Assembly (NCBI GenBank): GCA_951804945.1
Contig: OX638156.1
Coordinates: 44,702,001 to 44,766,000 of the forward strand
Direction: 5' to 3'
Length of the DNA: 64,000 bases
Origin: Podarcis cretensis
Lineage: Eukaryota
Numbering within the stretch: the stretch's first letter is position 1; each line of letters starts with the position of its first letter. Positions 10,421 through 23,460 of this stretch are shown here, one piece after another. The translations under genes and the position numbers were made by a program. Below the pieces are notes generated by a model, which saw only the letters and a program-made list of their open reading frames with translations, was not told where the DNA came from and did no database searches.

Positions 10421-12667
10421 TATTTCCATTAAACTGAAGTTCTAGGCAGCTTACAAAGTTAAAAACCAATTTATGATACAATATGAATGCACACATTCAA
10501 AAACATAGCTGTTTTAACCAGATTAAAAGCCAGCAGCTATCTTTTTTATTCATCCCCTTTTATTTGCCTAGTGGTTTTCTCTTAAGGAAGCTTTAGGACC
10601 TGGTACTTTCAATGGACTGTGAATAAGTAGCACTGTTGTTTGCACCAACTCTATTGTTAAGTTTTCCATAATCATAACTATGGGATATTTCTGACTCTTG
10701 GAGGGAGGGCTTGGTACAGAGGAGCAATAAAAAATGATGTTCCTTTCTTTTCTTCTTACTTTCTTCTGCTGAAAGAATCTTAAAAATCAGAATAAAATAT
10801 GAAGTAGGATAAAAGGTGGGCCTTAATGAGGCCCTCTGTTACTCTACCACAGTACCTCTTAAAAACAAATAGAAAAAGGTGCTTTGTCAGCAGGAGAACA
10901 CAATAGAATTAGTGCCTGGAAAGTTGGTGAATCTTGAGGCACAGTTAACATCCAAGATGAAGAGATTCTAAGAGTGCTCGAGGGTGGTGTGTAAGGTGGA
11001 GAATACTAAGGATGTTATTTGTCCCCTCACTACAAAAATAATTTTCAGGATTTCAAAGAGACTTTAACATTGCTTGAACATAAATAAATGAATAAACTTA
11101 ACTGAGCTTGCAAAACAGGCATTCTATTGTTGTGGCTTTTCTGCAACATGAGAGATTTATGTGTGTGAGAGAAAATATAATAGGCAAGAACCAGGGAAAA
11201 AGTATTGATGGGGAGAGATTGAAGCACACACTTAACACAAAGGACTAGTGGCCTGACAGTATGAGCTCCATCATATGTTTAAGCAAACCAGCCCAACAGT
11301 CCATCTTTCGCAGTATTGTCTAGGCCAATCCAAGGTTTTATTTAGGGAGAGGTTGTTCCCAGCTCCACTACCTGATATCATTTTAACTGAAATGCCAGAG
11401 TTTAAACCAGGGACTTCTGTATACATACAGAGCATCTCTTCATAGTGTTTTTTGTTTGTTTGTATTTTGCAGCTGATTAAGATACTCTGTTTTTCAGCAG
11501 TGGTTTGGAAGAAGAATGTGCAGATTAAACAAAAGGATTTGTTGTGCTGCTGCTGCTGCTGTTAGTAACTGTTATTCATTGATTTGTTGTGAGGTGTGAT
11601 CCTATTTTAAGGATTGCATTATTTTATGGATTTAATGTGTTATTTTTGTCATATTTGGCTCTGTAATAAACTATTCTGTGTCTTGTGCAAAGGGTGATAT
11701 ATACCGGTAAATCATCTAATTAAATAGTAATTATAGTAATCATTATCTAATTTTTTTTTTAAGTCCACAAAAACAACATATGCTCTTTATCTAATCTGTA
11801 CCCTCTACCACAGATTGCTTTCCTCTGTACCTTTTCCAGGGCTAAACTGTAGAACAGATAGGGTGAAGAACAGATAATAAATAACAACAAACAACATTGT
11901 ATGAGTTCCTTAGCTGGCAAATTGAAAAAGAAATGGCCAACAGCCAACTGTGGTTTAATAGGCAACGATGTTACAAAGATTTTCCACATGCCATCTAGTC
12001 TAGTGAACCATTTGTAAAACATTTAGAGGAACGCTACCTCTTGTCATGCTCTGCAAGACAGAGGTGTTTCAACACAGCGAGGATACCTGTCACCCCCTCC
12101 CCAAATTACTTAGATACAGAAACACATTTTTAATCTTCATAGATTACACTTAAATCACAGTGGTCTTAGATATATGTTAACACATTTTGAAGAAAGCACA
12201 TCAATTTCCAGTCACTTCTAAGTTAGAATTAGAAAGGTGGGGGTCTTCTCTGTGGGGGGTGGGGGCAGGGATGGAATGTTAGTGAAAAGCCCAGAAGTGA
12301 AGAGGGAACGGAACTCAGCTGGTAGGAGAAAAAACAATACTGCTTAAAATGAAATGGTTGTTTTCTGTACACAGTCATTTTATAAAATGTACAGTAAAGC
12401 TTTTATATGTAAATTATCCAAACACAAAAACCTCTCCGTTCAAATTGAATTGAGAATAGCTTGTAGTAGAGTGCTTTAGAGAAAACGTGCTTAAAATGAA
12501 CAAACTAGAGAACCACCAAGACTGAATTTCTGTTTCAAGGAAGAAGAGAAAACTCTATAAAAATGGGCTTGTGTGATCTGCTTTTATTTGAGAAATAAAA
12601 GACATTAATTTACTTCTAAATACATATCTCATTTTTTTTCTACTGGCAAAATGTCTGTCATTATGAT

Positions 12668-12851
12668 CAGTGGCGGAGCTCCATGCACTGGGGGGGCAGA
12701 GAGCAGGCAGGGGTGGGGCTGGCGCAGGTCCTGGGGGTGGGGCGGGAGCAGGGCACCTAGGACGAGCGGAGGGCAGCCACAATGGTACCCTGCTGGGATT
12801 GCGCTGCCGGGGGCAGTGTGCTCCCCCCACACTCCTCTTCCTCTGCCAGTG
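12668..12851. mobile_element. hAT MITE
   Basis: Termini CAGTGGCGGAG / CTCTGCCAGTG. 8-bp TSD ATTATGAT / ATTATAAT. Confidence 0.75.
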
Positions 12852-12929
12852 ATTATAATGGGTGTTATAGATTCATGAGTGCCTATACATTCCTGAAACA
12901 TGGGAATGGTTCCATATATACCAGATGGT

Positions 12930-13480
12930 AGAATGCAGGTGGGTTGCTGTTCAGCCCCATGGCACTTGATCAATGGGGTCCTTCAGGGTTCTGTTCTACC
13001 TCCAATGCTATTCAATATCTATATGAAGTTGCTGGTTGAGGTCATTAGGGAAATGGTAGTAGGGTGCCACCAATATGTGAATCATACCCAACTCTATCAT
13101 TGTCATCAGAGTCAGGTGATGCAATATAGGTTCAGGATCAGTGTCTGCCTGCTTTGATGGAATAGATGAGAGAGAATAAACTGAAACTATGACTTGGTAG
13201 GTTCCTGGAAATTAGGGAAATGGCCTGTTCTTGATGGGTAGCACTTCCCCAAAGGGAGCAGGTACATAGCCTGGGGTCCTCAGTGGCACCTTTTCACAGC
13301 TATAGCTACTTCATCAGATATGGCTGTTCCTGAGCACTGATATGACATTTCTGCAAAGACTACTCTAAAATTGGAAATGACAGAAAAAGTAGTGGCTTTT
13401 TTCTGAGTGGTGTCACCAGCTGGAAACATGCTACACCAGTTCTTAAGGGTATGAACTCACTGCCAATCAAGCCATCCAAT
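12930..13480 (+). mobile_element. Degenerate L2 LINE ORF2 fragment
   Basis: Translates GVLQGSVLPPMLFNIYMKLLVEVIR...CHQYVNHTQLY, a decayed GVPQGS...YADDTQLY RT core. Confidence 0.8.
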
Positions 13481-13523
13481 GTTAGAAGGGTGAGACTGGA
13501 GGAGGCTGGAACACCACCACGTT

Positions 13524-13536
13524 CTATCTATCTATC

Positions 13537-13583
<47 letters not shown>

Positions 13584-13620
13584 ATCTATCATCTATCTAT
13601 CTATTTACTTACTTACTTAT
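13524..13620. repeat. (TATC)n microsatellite grading into (TTAC)n
   Basis: Directly visible. Confidence 0.95.
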
Positions 13621-13817
13621 TTTTGTTAGGACAACTAAAATGCTGCACAAAAGTAGTAAGCAACCTTTAAGTTCCACATTATTTTTTTCCAATCTAGACA
13701 CCAATAAGAAAAAGCAGGAGAGTGAAAAGCTACACATGGAAAAGCCAGAAACATTCTTAAGATGCTGGGTTATGTGTGTCAAAGGGCGAACAGCAATTGT
13801 TACTTGACCCATTAGAA

Positions 13818-13953
13818 CAGGCATAGGCAAACTCTGGCCCTCCGGATGTTTGGGACTATAACTCCCATCATCCCTAGCTAACAGGACCAGTGGTCAGGGA
13901 TGATGGGAATTGTAGTCCCAAACATCTGGAGGGCCAGAGTTTGCCTATGCCTG
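13818..13953. mobile_element. Palindromic hAT MITE, 136 bp, young
   Basis: TIR CAGGCATAGGCAAACTCTGGCCCTCC / GGAGGGCCAGAGTTTGCCTATGCCTG. Perfect 8-bp TSD CATTAGAA at 13810-13817 and 13954-13961. Confidence 0.93.
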
Positions 13954-13968
13954 CATTAGAACATGGTA

Positions 13969-14177
13969 CAGCCAGCATGAAACAGTAGTTAGAGTGCTAG
14001 ACTAAGACCTAAAAGACTAGGATTTGAATCCTGACTCATTCATGAAACTCACACTGGATGACCTTGGGCAGTCACTGCCTCTCAGTCTATTCTACCTCAC
14101 AGGATTGTTGAGAGGATAAAATAACCATGCATGCTATCCTTCTTGGAGGAAAGGTAGGTTATAATAAATATAATAAA
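13969..14177 (+). mobile_element. MIR/CORE-like SINE
   Basis: tRNA-like head, GACCTTGGGCAGTCAC, ACCTCACAGGATTGTTG, (TAAA)n tail. Confidence 0.7.
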
Positions 14178-15574
14178 CAACCTGAAATCTGCGTACAGAA
14201 CTAATTAAGTCTGAATACAAAAGTTTCAGCTGGCTTGAATAAAGTTATTAACTTTGTTGTACTTTTGAATGGACTAACATGGGTACTTGTGATTTTTCTT
14301 GATTTAGGTGATGATTTTAAACTTCTGTGCACACTGCTTAACTTCATACCAGCTAAGAAAGCAGGTGGAAACAAATTTAAATTAACCAAATCAAGTAATG
14401 CATTGTGGGCTAACTAAACAGCTTGTGGAAGCACACAAAACTCCATCAGCTTCAAATTAGAATTTGTCTCCTCCACCCTTCTTGAAAGACATAGCTGGAA
14501 GAACACAAAAATGGCATCCCATATTACACAAACCTATATAACACTAGTGAGCATCTGCTTAATGAGCAAAGCAAATACTCCAGACAATAAAATATTAACA
14601 ATATAGGCCAATACTAAAAAACAACTATAAACTGAATACTGGCTCTGTAAATAAACTGAAGACAAAGTAAAAAGCTAAGTTTAAAACAATTTTGCGTGAA
14701 GTGGAAGAAAAACCATAATTACTGCAGCCTGGCAATGTTATAAACTAGTGCCATCAGAAGCAAAAATGGCTTTCTGTTAATGCTGCTCATCCCTATAAAA
14801 ATTAAAGCAACTGTTGTGAACTATAGCTAAATTAACTGTATTTCCTTTTTAAAGCTGAGCTATACTAAACCAAGCAGGACATAATGCTGATTATAGAGAC
14901 AGAAGGTATTTGAAGTACAACATCAGTAAATGTAACTAGCTGTAAATTTACTAGAATGCAAATTAACCATTTCCAGAGTGCACAAGAGGCCTTATTTCGA
15001 TGTTATGAGTATGGTGTGTTTGCCATGAAATACAGTAACTCAGTTTATATGTTGGTGACCCTTCACCACAAACATCTGTATGCAACAACTGCATGAATTG
15101 GATGGATTATGTGGCATGTTCTCATGCAAAACATAATTTATCCTAGTGAAGTTCAACAGTTGTGTAAGGTCCTATAACACAGTTGTGGTTACAAGTATCA
15201 GTCACCGTGTACAAGTTTTTCTTTTTCTTGGAAGTTCTCACACCAGACTTGCTACCAAACCTTGAAATTGGAGAATACAACTGTGGAGAATACAAGGGTC
15301 ATCCATACATCTTCTTCTCTCCCTCTAGGAGGTAGTCCAGAGAGAGGGAAGGAAGCAAGTGAGAAGTTCCCCGGGGGGGGGGGGGAGGTGTGCTTGAATG
15401 TACTCAGGAATGGGAGATCACTGACAGCATCTTCCCAAGGACTTCCCCAAGTCTGGGACTGATTGGCATATTATTGCAAGAAGGTATAGCGACACAGAAA
15501 GTTGCCTTATATTAGGTCAGGCTTTTGCCTATATAGACAAGTACTGTATACTCTGACCTGCAGCAGTTCTTCTC

Positions 15575-15690
15575 AGAGGTAAGTCTCACTCTGTTGAGTA
15601 GGCCTTGTTCCCAAGCAAATGTGCATACTGTGTGTGTAGCCTTAGGCTACAATCCTATACACTTACCTGGGAGTAAGCCTCAATGAAAAA
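15575..15690. mobile_element. Tandem fragments of a short palindromic MITE family (probably PIF/Harbinger-like)
   Basis: GTAGCC-TTA-GGCTACAATCCTATACACTTACCTGGGAGTAAG junction. Related pieces lie near 43810-43970, 49580-49655 and 58655-58720. Confidence 0.5.
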
Positions 15691-18600
15691 GCGACTTGAA
15701 ATGTGCATGAGGAGGGAGAAACCTCACTTCATTTCAATTCACTAATGTATACATAGCCTAGATGCATATTTCACAAATACAAATTGCTGAAGTTTCTTTA
15801 ATGTACACTCAGCAGCGGGCATCAACAGGATAGATGATTTTTTTTTGTTAAATAGTAAAGGATGTCACATACATTTCTACATAAGTGCTCTCTTTGTATC
15901 TGACACACTACGCATGCCTTTTGCTTGCTTTTGCATTTGGTAGCTGCACCAGAAACCCCAGGATCCTAAGCTTCCCTTCATCTCTCTGCAAAATCTATTA
16001 ACTCCATCAAGGTTCTGCTTGCACAAGTCCACAAAGGATCAATGCTGAAAATGTTTGTTCTTTCAATAGAGTTACATGTTATCTTATATCAGAGAAATAG
16101 TCACAACTATATATCTTTTCTAGAGCATGTAAGCTGGGGTATAGATACAAAATTATGTGAAGTCCATAACCCCCTGGAGGGGAGAGGAAGGGGGGGGATC
16201 CTTTAGTGTATTAAATTATACTTGTTCATTTTTACTTAATTTGTTTGTGTAAATATTTACTGAAATGTACTGGGAAAGGAGAATTCATGCTCATGGGTTT
16301 TGTAAATCAAAACACTTTAAATACACAACAAATCACTTCAACTAAGAGCAATCAAAATGAAATTGTATGTGCTCATACAATTTCCAAAGAGAAAATGTTA
16401 AAAAGGTGATGTAGTGATTTTCAGCTGGGATATAAACATACATGCTTAATGACACCTACCCACACACCTACACTTCGCAGTACATGTACAAAGATGGCTT
16501 GGAAGGTGTTGTGGTTGAAGAAAGAGGACATACAGCCTCTATCAGATGAGAGGGGATTTGTCAGAGATTAATAGAATTCCATTGTAATATCCATATCTCA
16601 CAAAGACATGCTCTGACAGGACCCAATTACTTTCAACAAGCTGGGCCTACAACACAGACCCCCTGAACCGGAATGGCCCTCAAACCTGTATGCTTTCGTT
16701 CAAGCAGATAACACCAATGGGTTTCTCTCTGTGATCACTGCCTAAGTTAAATGAGTTAATCTCATTTTCCAGATGAATTGTTATTTTGTCTCCTGCAGGC
16801 TGTGATTACTGGATAAAAGTATTGTGTTAACAGAAGGGCCGCGCTCTTTTCAGTAGAGAATTCCACAGCCAGATAACCAGTCAGCCAGTGAGGACTCTCC
16901 CCCTTTCTTCCAGTATGAAGTAAGAGAATGGCACAAACAGGGGGTGGGGAAAAACTATAAAATAGAACAGATACATATTTCAGATAATTACATAATTTCT
17001 CAGGAGTTCAAAGGGACCATTTAACGTCCTATCTAAGCGTATTAAAGTTATGCTCTAACGCCACCTCTGTGATACATATTGAAAGATGCGTACTGACTTC
17101 CCAGGGACATTTTCCTTTTTTCTACCTCTGATGCTATTACCATTGTAAACTATTATGGAATGGGGTAAATACATCAGATTAACTATGTTTATGTGTTACA
17201 TCTCTTTCTACAATTTCAGTGGATTTCTGATTTTGGTCCTAGAACTTGCTAGCCATCTCTTGTAAACATGCACGGTATCATATTTTTGTAAGATGAAGAA
17301 CTTTATTGCTGACATGCTCTAAAAGGAACAGTGTCCTGTTCTCCTCTTTGAAGTTGTTTGGCTGGTGGTGGGTGGGGAACATGATTATGATGGGGAGGAT
17401 GGTATATAGGAAGAATTCATTCTATACACTGTCTGCAGAATGAATGTGATGGAGTGTGCAACCTTTTAGAAGTGCAATAAAGTATTTCCCCTACCCCAAC
17501 AAGCATTGTCTGTTCTCATTGAAGTATTTTAATTGACTGCACAGCTCCAGCCTTATCTGTAACTATTATTTTATATATTAATGCATTGACATTATACTTT
17601 TAGGATTCAAAACACATCCATATTATCATGAAGGAGGGGGACAATACAGAAGGAAGGTTAATGGAAGAGGTTTCATTGATGTCTAAAGTACTCAAGACAA
17701 CATCATACTGTTGAATCAGGCATTATATTCTACCAAAAATAATTGCAATAATAATGAGTCACAGGTTCCTGTAGTTTGAATCATGATATCGCCTAAGCTT
17801 CAGTGAGTGTGAGCTTTCTAATTACCAGTCATTTTACATGGAAACAGTAATTTGCATGACAATGTGTTTATATGTCACTTAACTTCCTATGCATATTCCC
17901 TTAATGTTAGCAACCTAACATAATGAGTTTGAAATCAATACTCTGATTGAATGCTGATGTTGTTTCAAGAAATGAAAACATTCTCCAAAAGAAACAAAAT
18001 CTCTCTCACACACACACAATTTTCTTTTCACAATGCCTCAGAAACACATACAGATGAAATTTCAAATTGCTAAGTGCTTTTATTTCTTTAATGTATATTA
18101 TTGACCTTAGAAATTGTTCCGTTTTTTCTAAACAAACAAATGAAAGAAAACAAAGTGAAATAGATTTTTTTTTTTTTAAAACGACAGCTTTATTAAGATA
18201 GCCTGAATTACATTATTCCCTTTTCTTTTAAAGCTTTGTCAACACGCAAATACTCCATAAAAAAGTAACTGGTGCATTCAGGAGCAATTCACTTTGCAAA
18301 TAAAGCAGTATAATGTCAGTGGTTTGAAATGGTTCTGTCTCTGTTGCTTTCCATGTCAATGCACTGGCAGTCTTGCCTGAATGCAGCTAGTCAATAGAAA
18401 GTAAATAGAGCATTTCCTGACTTCACCTGGCAGCACTAAAAATGCCCAGCTTAGAACTACACAGTTTAATAGTTTTTGCAGTAAAGATGGACTCTGTGTA
18501 GTTCAAGCCATTTTTTTAACAACCACGAATAACCATTTGTTCAAAGGTTTAACAGGAACATTCAACAGCAGGAATATAGCAAACTGCCTTGTCTGTCTAG

Positions 18601-19574
18601 TCTACTACTGCATTGGTCCACCTGGGTTTCAGACAGAGGACCTAACTAGAAAATCCAAGAACTGAACCTGGGATATTTCACATGCCCCAAGTGTTGATAC
18701 ATTAATAACTTTGTTTTTGCTACTACAATTTCATAGTTTAGAAGTACACAGTTGTTAAGCACTTTAACATGGCACTTTCCACATGCAAAATAATCTTTTT
18801 TCATCATATAACTTGGTCTCTGACACAAACAGTGCTGTTTATTTTTCTCCCTCTCCCAAAGTTATTAGCTGCAGTTTTAATGCATTGCTATTTCATTGTT
18901 ATGTTACCTTAATCCTTAAACCTCAAGACTGGTGTACAGATGCTTTAAGTAAATGAATAAATTAAAAAAATTGACTGTACTTGGGAAGAAGTATTTTGAT
19001 GTGCCCACATTTGTTAACTGAAGAGTTATATGGAAAAGTATAAATAAATAGGGAAGATATCTTTTTCTAATAACTCCTGGATACAAGTATAGTGATTTTG
19101 CTCCATTTCCCTGGAGGGTGGGGAGTAGCAGCTGTTGTACAACTATTATCATGTTTTGCCATCAAAAAAACACACAACAACAAAGTGAAACAATAATTTG
19201 CAATGTCCAAATCTGAAATTGCTTTATTAAAGCCAATGATACAAAACGAAAAGCCACTGCAATTGTTCTCATTTGATATACTAAGTAAGTAAAACAGAAT
19301 TTACGTAAGGGCAGGAAAAAAAATTAAGGGTTACCATATTGGACTATGACATGGGCCTAGCGAAGGGGGGGGGCCAGGGGGCAGCTGCTCCCCCTAGATC
19401 CACAAATATTATTGAAAAACATTGAAAGTACTCAATTATCTGAGGTTCTGCCCCCACTAGCAGAAGACTGCCCCTCACAATGTCCTATTTACGGGGTATT
19501 TTTACTCGTGGTTTTCCAAGAATGGGTCAACAACTTTCATTTCGTAAAAAGAGCTAAACAACTTTGAATTCCCA

Positions 19575-19925
19575 AAAAAGTTCAGGTTTCAAATCCCACA
19601 CAGCCCTGACTCTCAGTGTAATCTACCTCACTGGGTTGTTGTGAGAATATTGTGGAAGGGGAAGAACCAGGTACGTCACCTTGAGCTCCTTGGAGGAAAG
19701 GTGGGATTAGGGTTGCCATATTTCAATAAGTGAAAATCCGGACACAAAAGTTGTTGAGCTTTTTCTTTTGGGCAAAACTTTTTTTGCATGGGTTGCCATA
19801 CGTCCAGATTTCCTCAAACGTTAAAGTGATTTCTGTCTGGGCGCTGTTACAGATGAATACAGTCTATGTTCAGGAAATTCTGGACGTATGGCAACCCTAT
19901 ATAGTGGGATATAATTTTAATAAAA
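19575..19925 (+). mobile_element. MIR-like SINE remnant interrupted by a DNA transposon
   Basis: CTACCTCACTGGGTTGTTGTGAGAAT...TTGGAGGAAAGGTGGGAT, resuming as GTGGGATATAA after the insertion. Confidence 0.6.
19708..19899. mobile_element. hAT (Blackjack-like) MITE
   Basis: TIR TAGGGTTGCCATA / TATGGCAACCCTA. Internal third copy GGGTTGCCATACGTCCAG near 19790. GTGGGAT is duplicated in the flanks. Confidence 0.8.
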
Positions 19926-20820
19926 CCCCAAATGTGGCAACTTGCATTGCTGGGACCACAATGGAAATGACCATTAAATGTGAATTTATTTCTGATTTTT
20001 TAAAAATGTTATTTGATTGCAGATTTAGGCAATGTGGCATTTAAAATTGCTATTTTAGCCACCTTTTTTTGGGGGGGGGGCTTGTAAATTGTCAGGTGGT
20101 AGGATATGTGTGCAAAAATAGGGTAACTAAATGAAATAAATTTGAGTCTCCTTTCCCGAAACTTAAGCTTCTGTCATCAGGAAACTAAAGCTGGGTTTGG
20201 ATTATATATTGATAAAACTCTATATTACTGTTATATATAAAAATAACAATGTTATAATATTGTTATTACTATATTAAAACTCTATAACATACTAAATAGA
20301 TAAAAGACTTGTGCGAACCAGGTTAGTTGTTGTTATTATTATTATTGCTATTGGTTTTATTATTTAAAGGAAAATAGCAAGACAAGATGTCACCTCTGGC
20401 TAAAATACCAGCTTCATTAAACTTCTTTGGTAAAACCTCATGGCAGCAGTATTTCTTTGGAATACTCAGAGAAAGATAGCATAGCAATAAGATTTTATGG
20501 GAATTACAAGCTTGCTTGATTCCTTTGTTTTATTGTAATGACACCATTTATAAAAAATCTATTTAATCCATTCTTTCCATAAATAACTCAGAGTCAGGAA
20601 CTCATTGTGCACCTCAGTATTATTTTCATATTGTCCTAAAACAATCAAGATGCATTTATAAAGTGATGTCAGAAGCTTATTAAATCCCCTAACTTCACTA
20701 GTTCTGTGTAGTATGATCCCAAACTGGTCATCAATATATAGATTGAACTTCCATGCATGACAAATTGGTAATGTTTAATGATTGTCAATTGGTTCACTTT
20801 TGGCTATGGGAAAAAAATTA

Positions 20821-21335
20821 CCATATTTTTCGCCCTATAGGACACAGTTTTTCCTCTCCAAAAATGTAGGGGAAATGTGTGTGCGTCCTATGGGGCGAAT
20901 GCAGGCTTTCGCTGAAGCCTGGAGAGCGAGAGGGGTCGGTGCACACCAACCCCTCTCGCTCTCCAGGCTTCAGGAAGCTCTGCGCAACCCTTGGGAGACC
21001 AGCACGACTTCGCGCCGGGCTCCCAAGGGTTGCACAGAGCTGCCTGCATTCCCGGGCTTCGCGCAGCTCTGCGCAACCCTAGGGAGCCCGGCGCTGAAGA
21101 GCGTGCCTGGGCTTCGCACAGCTCTCCGCAAGCCTGGGGAGACCGGTGCGGCTCCCTAGGCTTGCGGATAGCAGGCTGTTCTCGGGGCTGGGGTCGGGGG
21201 AAGCTCGAGCTTCCCCTGTGCCAGCCCTGTGCCTGGGGGGGGGGAGAAATAATTTTTTTTCTTTATCCCCCCCCCAAAAAAAAACACCTAGGTGCATCCT
21301 ATGGGGCGGTGCGCCCTGTGGGGCGAAAAATACTG
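20821..21335. mobile_element. Tc1/mariner (Tc2-like) MITE with GC-rich internal repeats
   Basis: TIR CCATATTTTTCGCCCTATAGG / CCTGTGGGGCGAAAAATACTG, TA flanks. Shares internal blocks with 29721-29978. Confidence 0.85.
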
Positions 21336-23428
21336 TAATCAGTGATACAGGATGGAACATAATATAGGTATGCTAATGTAGACTCTGAAGATAAACCTGA
21401 GGAGGCACATTTGTGCAACAGATACAAGAGGACCCTGATGCCTTGTCTGTAATTGCTTTTGCATTTTAACTTAAACTGCACGTTACTCAAATTCTTGGTT
21501 CAGCTAGAGGTTTGCACATGTCCTGAGACTATGTATAATTTAGCTTTGGTTTGAGTAACATTCTGGCGATGGTGCATGTAAATCAGGCAAAGCTTAAGCC
21601 TGGTGTCATTGACTGAGGGAAGCCCCAGTACTCTTTGCCAATAAACCTCCCTAGAGTGAATGCTGAACAGGAAGTTTTACCTATGATGAATGAATCACCT
21701 TAATGCATGACTAATAAATTCTGGAATCAGTGCCATATCTAATGCAGATAAACATCTAAAATCAGCTATTAATTATCCTTTATGACTAATGGATTCTCCC
21801 AATAAGCATATTCTGCCCTGATTAAAGAACCTTTGTTTGCATTTCTGGAGAAATTCAAGCTCAATCCCTGTAGTGTGCATAGTCATATTCTTGTTTGCCT
21901 GATCTGATTGGTGGAAGCCCTTGTGAATATGCCAACTATGTGGTGGGAATTTTAATTACTATGAGCTATAACAGCTTTGTTAACCTATGACCTTATGCCC
22001 ATCCTGGACATTAACAAGATAAGTTTGCAACTGGCCGCTGCTTTTTCTCTAAGACTAGACAGGTTTTGGATCTCCAAATTCTCCAGATTTGGGGATGCAT
22101 CCAAAAGGCTGCTCTATGCCTCCCCTTTTCAAGATACCCTGACCCAGTGTCCCAATGTGGGAGAGGGCTTCTAATGCTTCCTCAAGCTTTCATTAATATT
22201 CGTTCATCTCATGTCCTTGTTCCCTTGTCTCTGATCCATATGGGATATTTTCTTCAAAACTAATCAGGGCACCTTCCAGAAAGTGCATGTCACTATTAGA
22301 AAGTGTCTTTCTAAAGAAATAATATTTTATTCTTTTACCTTATTTGAGGGTACCATAGAACTCATCTTAGGGTCAGACATGGCCATTCAAGGCCTGAGTT
22401 TTATATAGTCCTGGTAAAGAACAAATTGACAACCATTTGGCTTTCAGAATACAAGAATAGCACCTGATTTGTTCTTCTAAATGAATCTCCTCCCCACCCA
22501 AAGCAATACCTGACTCTCTGCTGAGACCAGTGAAGTCAGCCACTACTGGGCACCTTCATGTTGCGATGAAATAAGCAAGAACCATTTCTCCATGTTCATA
22601 TTTCTGCAGGGGAGGACAGCATTGTATGCCACCACTTCTTTTACTTCTTTCTAGCTTGCATATTTCACAGCTCTTTTGTGCTCTTGCAAGTCCCACACTC
22701 CAACTATTGGCATATAAACTTTTCGCCTTCTTGGTTTATTTTGCCCACTTATCATCCTGCTGGATTTAAACACCTGCCCATAGCTCTATATAAGGTATAT
22801 ATTGCCTGTCTCTACTTCCCTGCATCTCTGACAGCACTTAGGGTTCCTGACTGGATTTTGGAGGGGGTAGGGGAAGGCTGCCCTGGAGGTAGGAAAAAAC
22901 ACTGGACATTACACACACACTTTATTCCCTGTATTTAAGGCACTTTGTGGAGGGAGCCAAAGAAATCACTGAGCTAGCAAAAGCTCTTGGTGAGCTCTGT
23001 CTTCAATCCAGATTGTCATTTGGAAAACACATTTTTTTCTTAAACACATTCCCTCCCCTTTCCATCACTCTATTCTCATCTGTATCCAAAGTGATATGTA
23101 CTGGAATGGGATTTTGAACTTCCTAATCCAGCATTTTAGTCTGTCTCTAAGGCTGTCCCCACCCCACCCCCACTTTTTCCTGAAATAATTCATCTAGTTC
23201 TTCAAATGAAATTATATAATAAATAATTCCTCCAGCCCAGAATCTCCAGTCTCAACTCCTGCGTCTCAGCACTCTAGTCTCCCTTGGTCACCTTTTGTCC
23301 TCACCTCCACAGACTTGCTCCAGAAGAATGAAGGCCATCAAGGAGTTGCTGCAACCCTGTTCTGGCACCATCATTCTCCAGATCTCATGGTATGCTTAAT
23401 ACACATATATTTATTTTGGCCTTCAACA

Positions 23429-23460
23429 CTGTGTGTGTGTGTGTGTTTGTGTGTGTGTGT
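23429..23460. repeat. (GT)n microsatellite
   Basis: Directly visible. Confidence 0.9.

Noticed and set aside
20782-21367. Cluster of overlapping GC-rich ORFs, apparent CpG island promoter
   Set aside because: Lies almost entirely within a TIR-bounded MITE; stop-codon scarcity reflects GC content.
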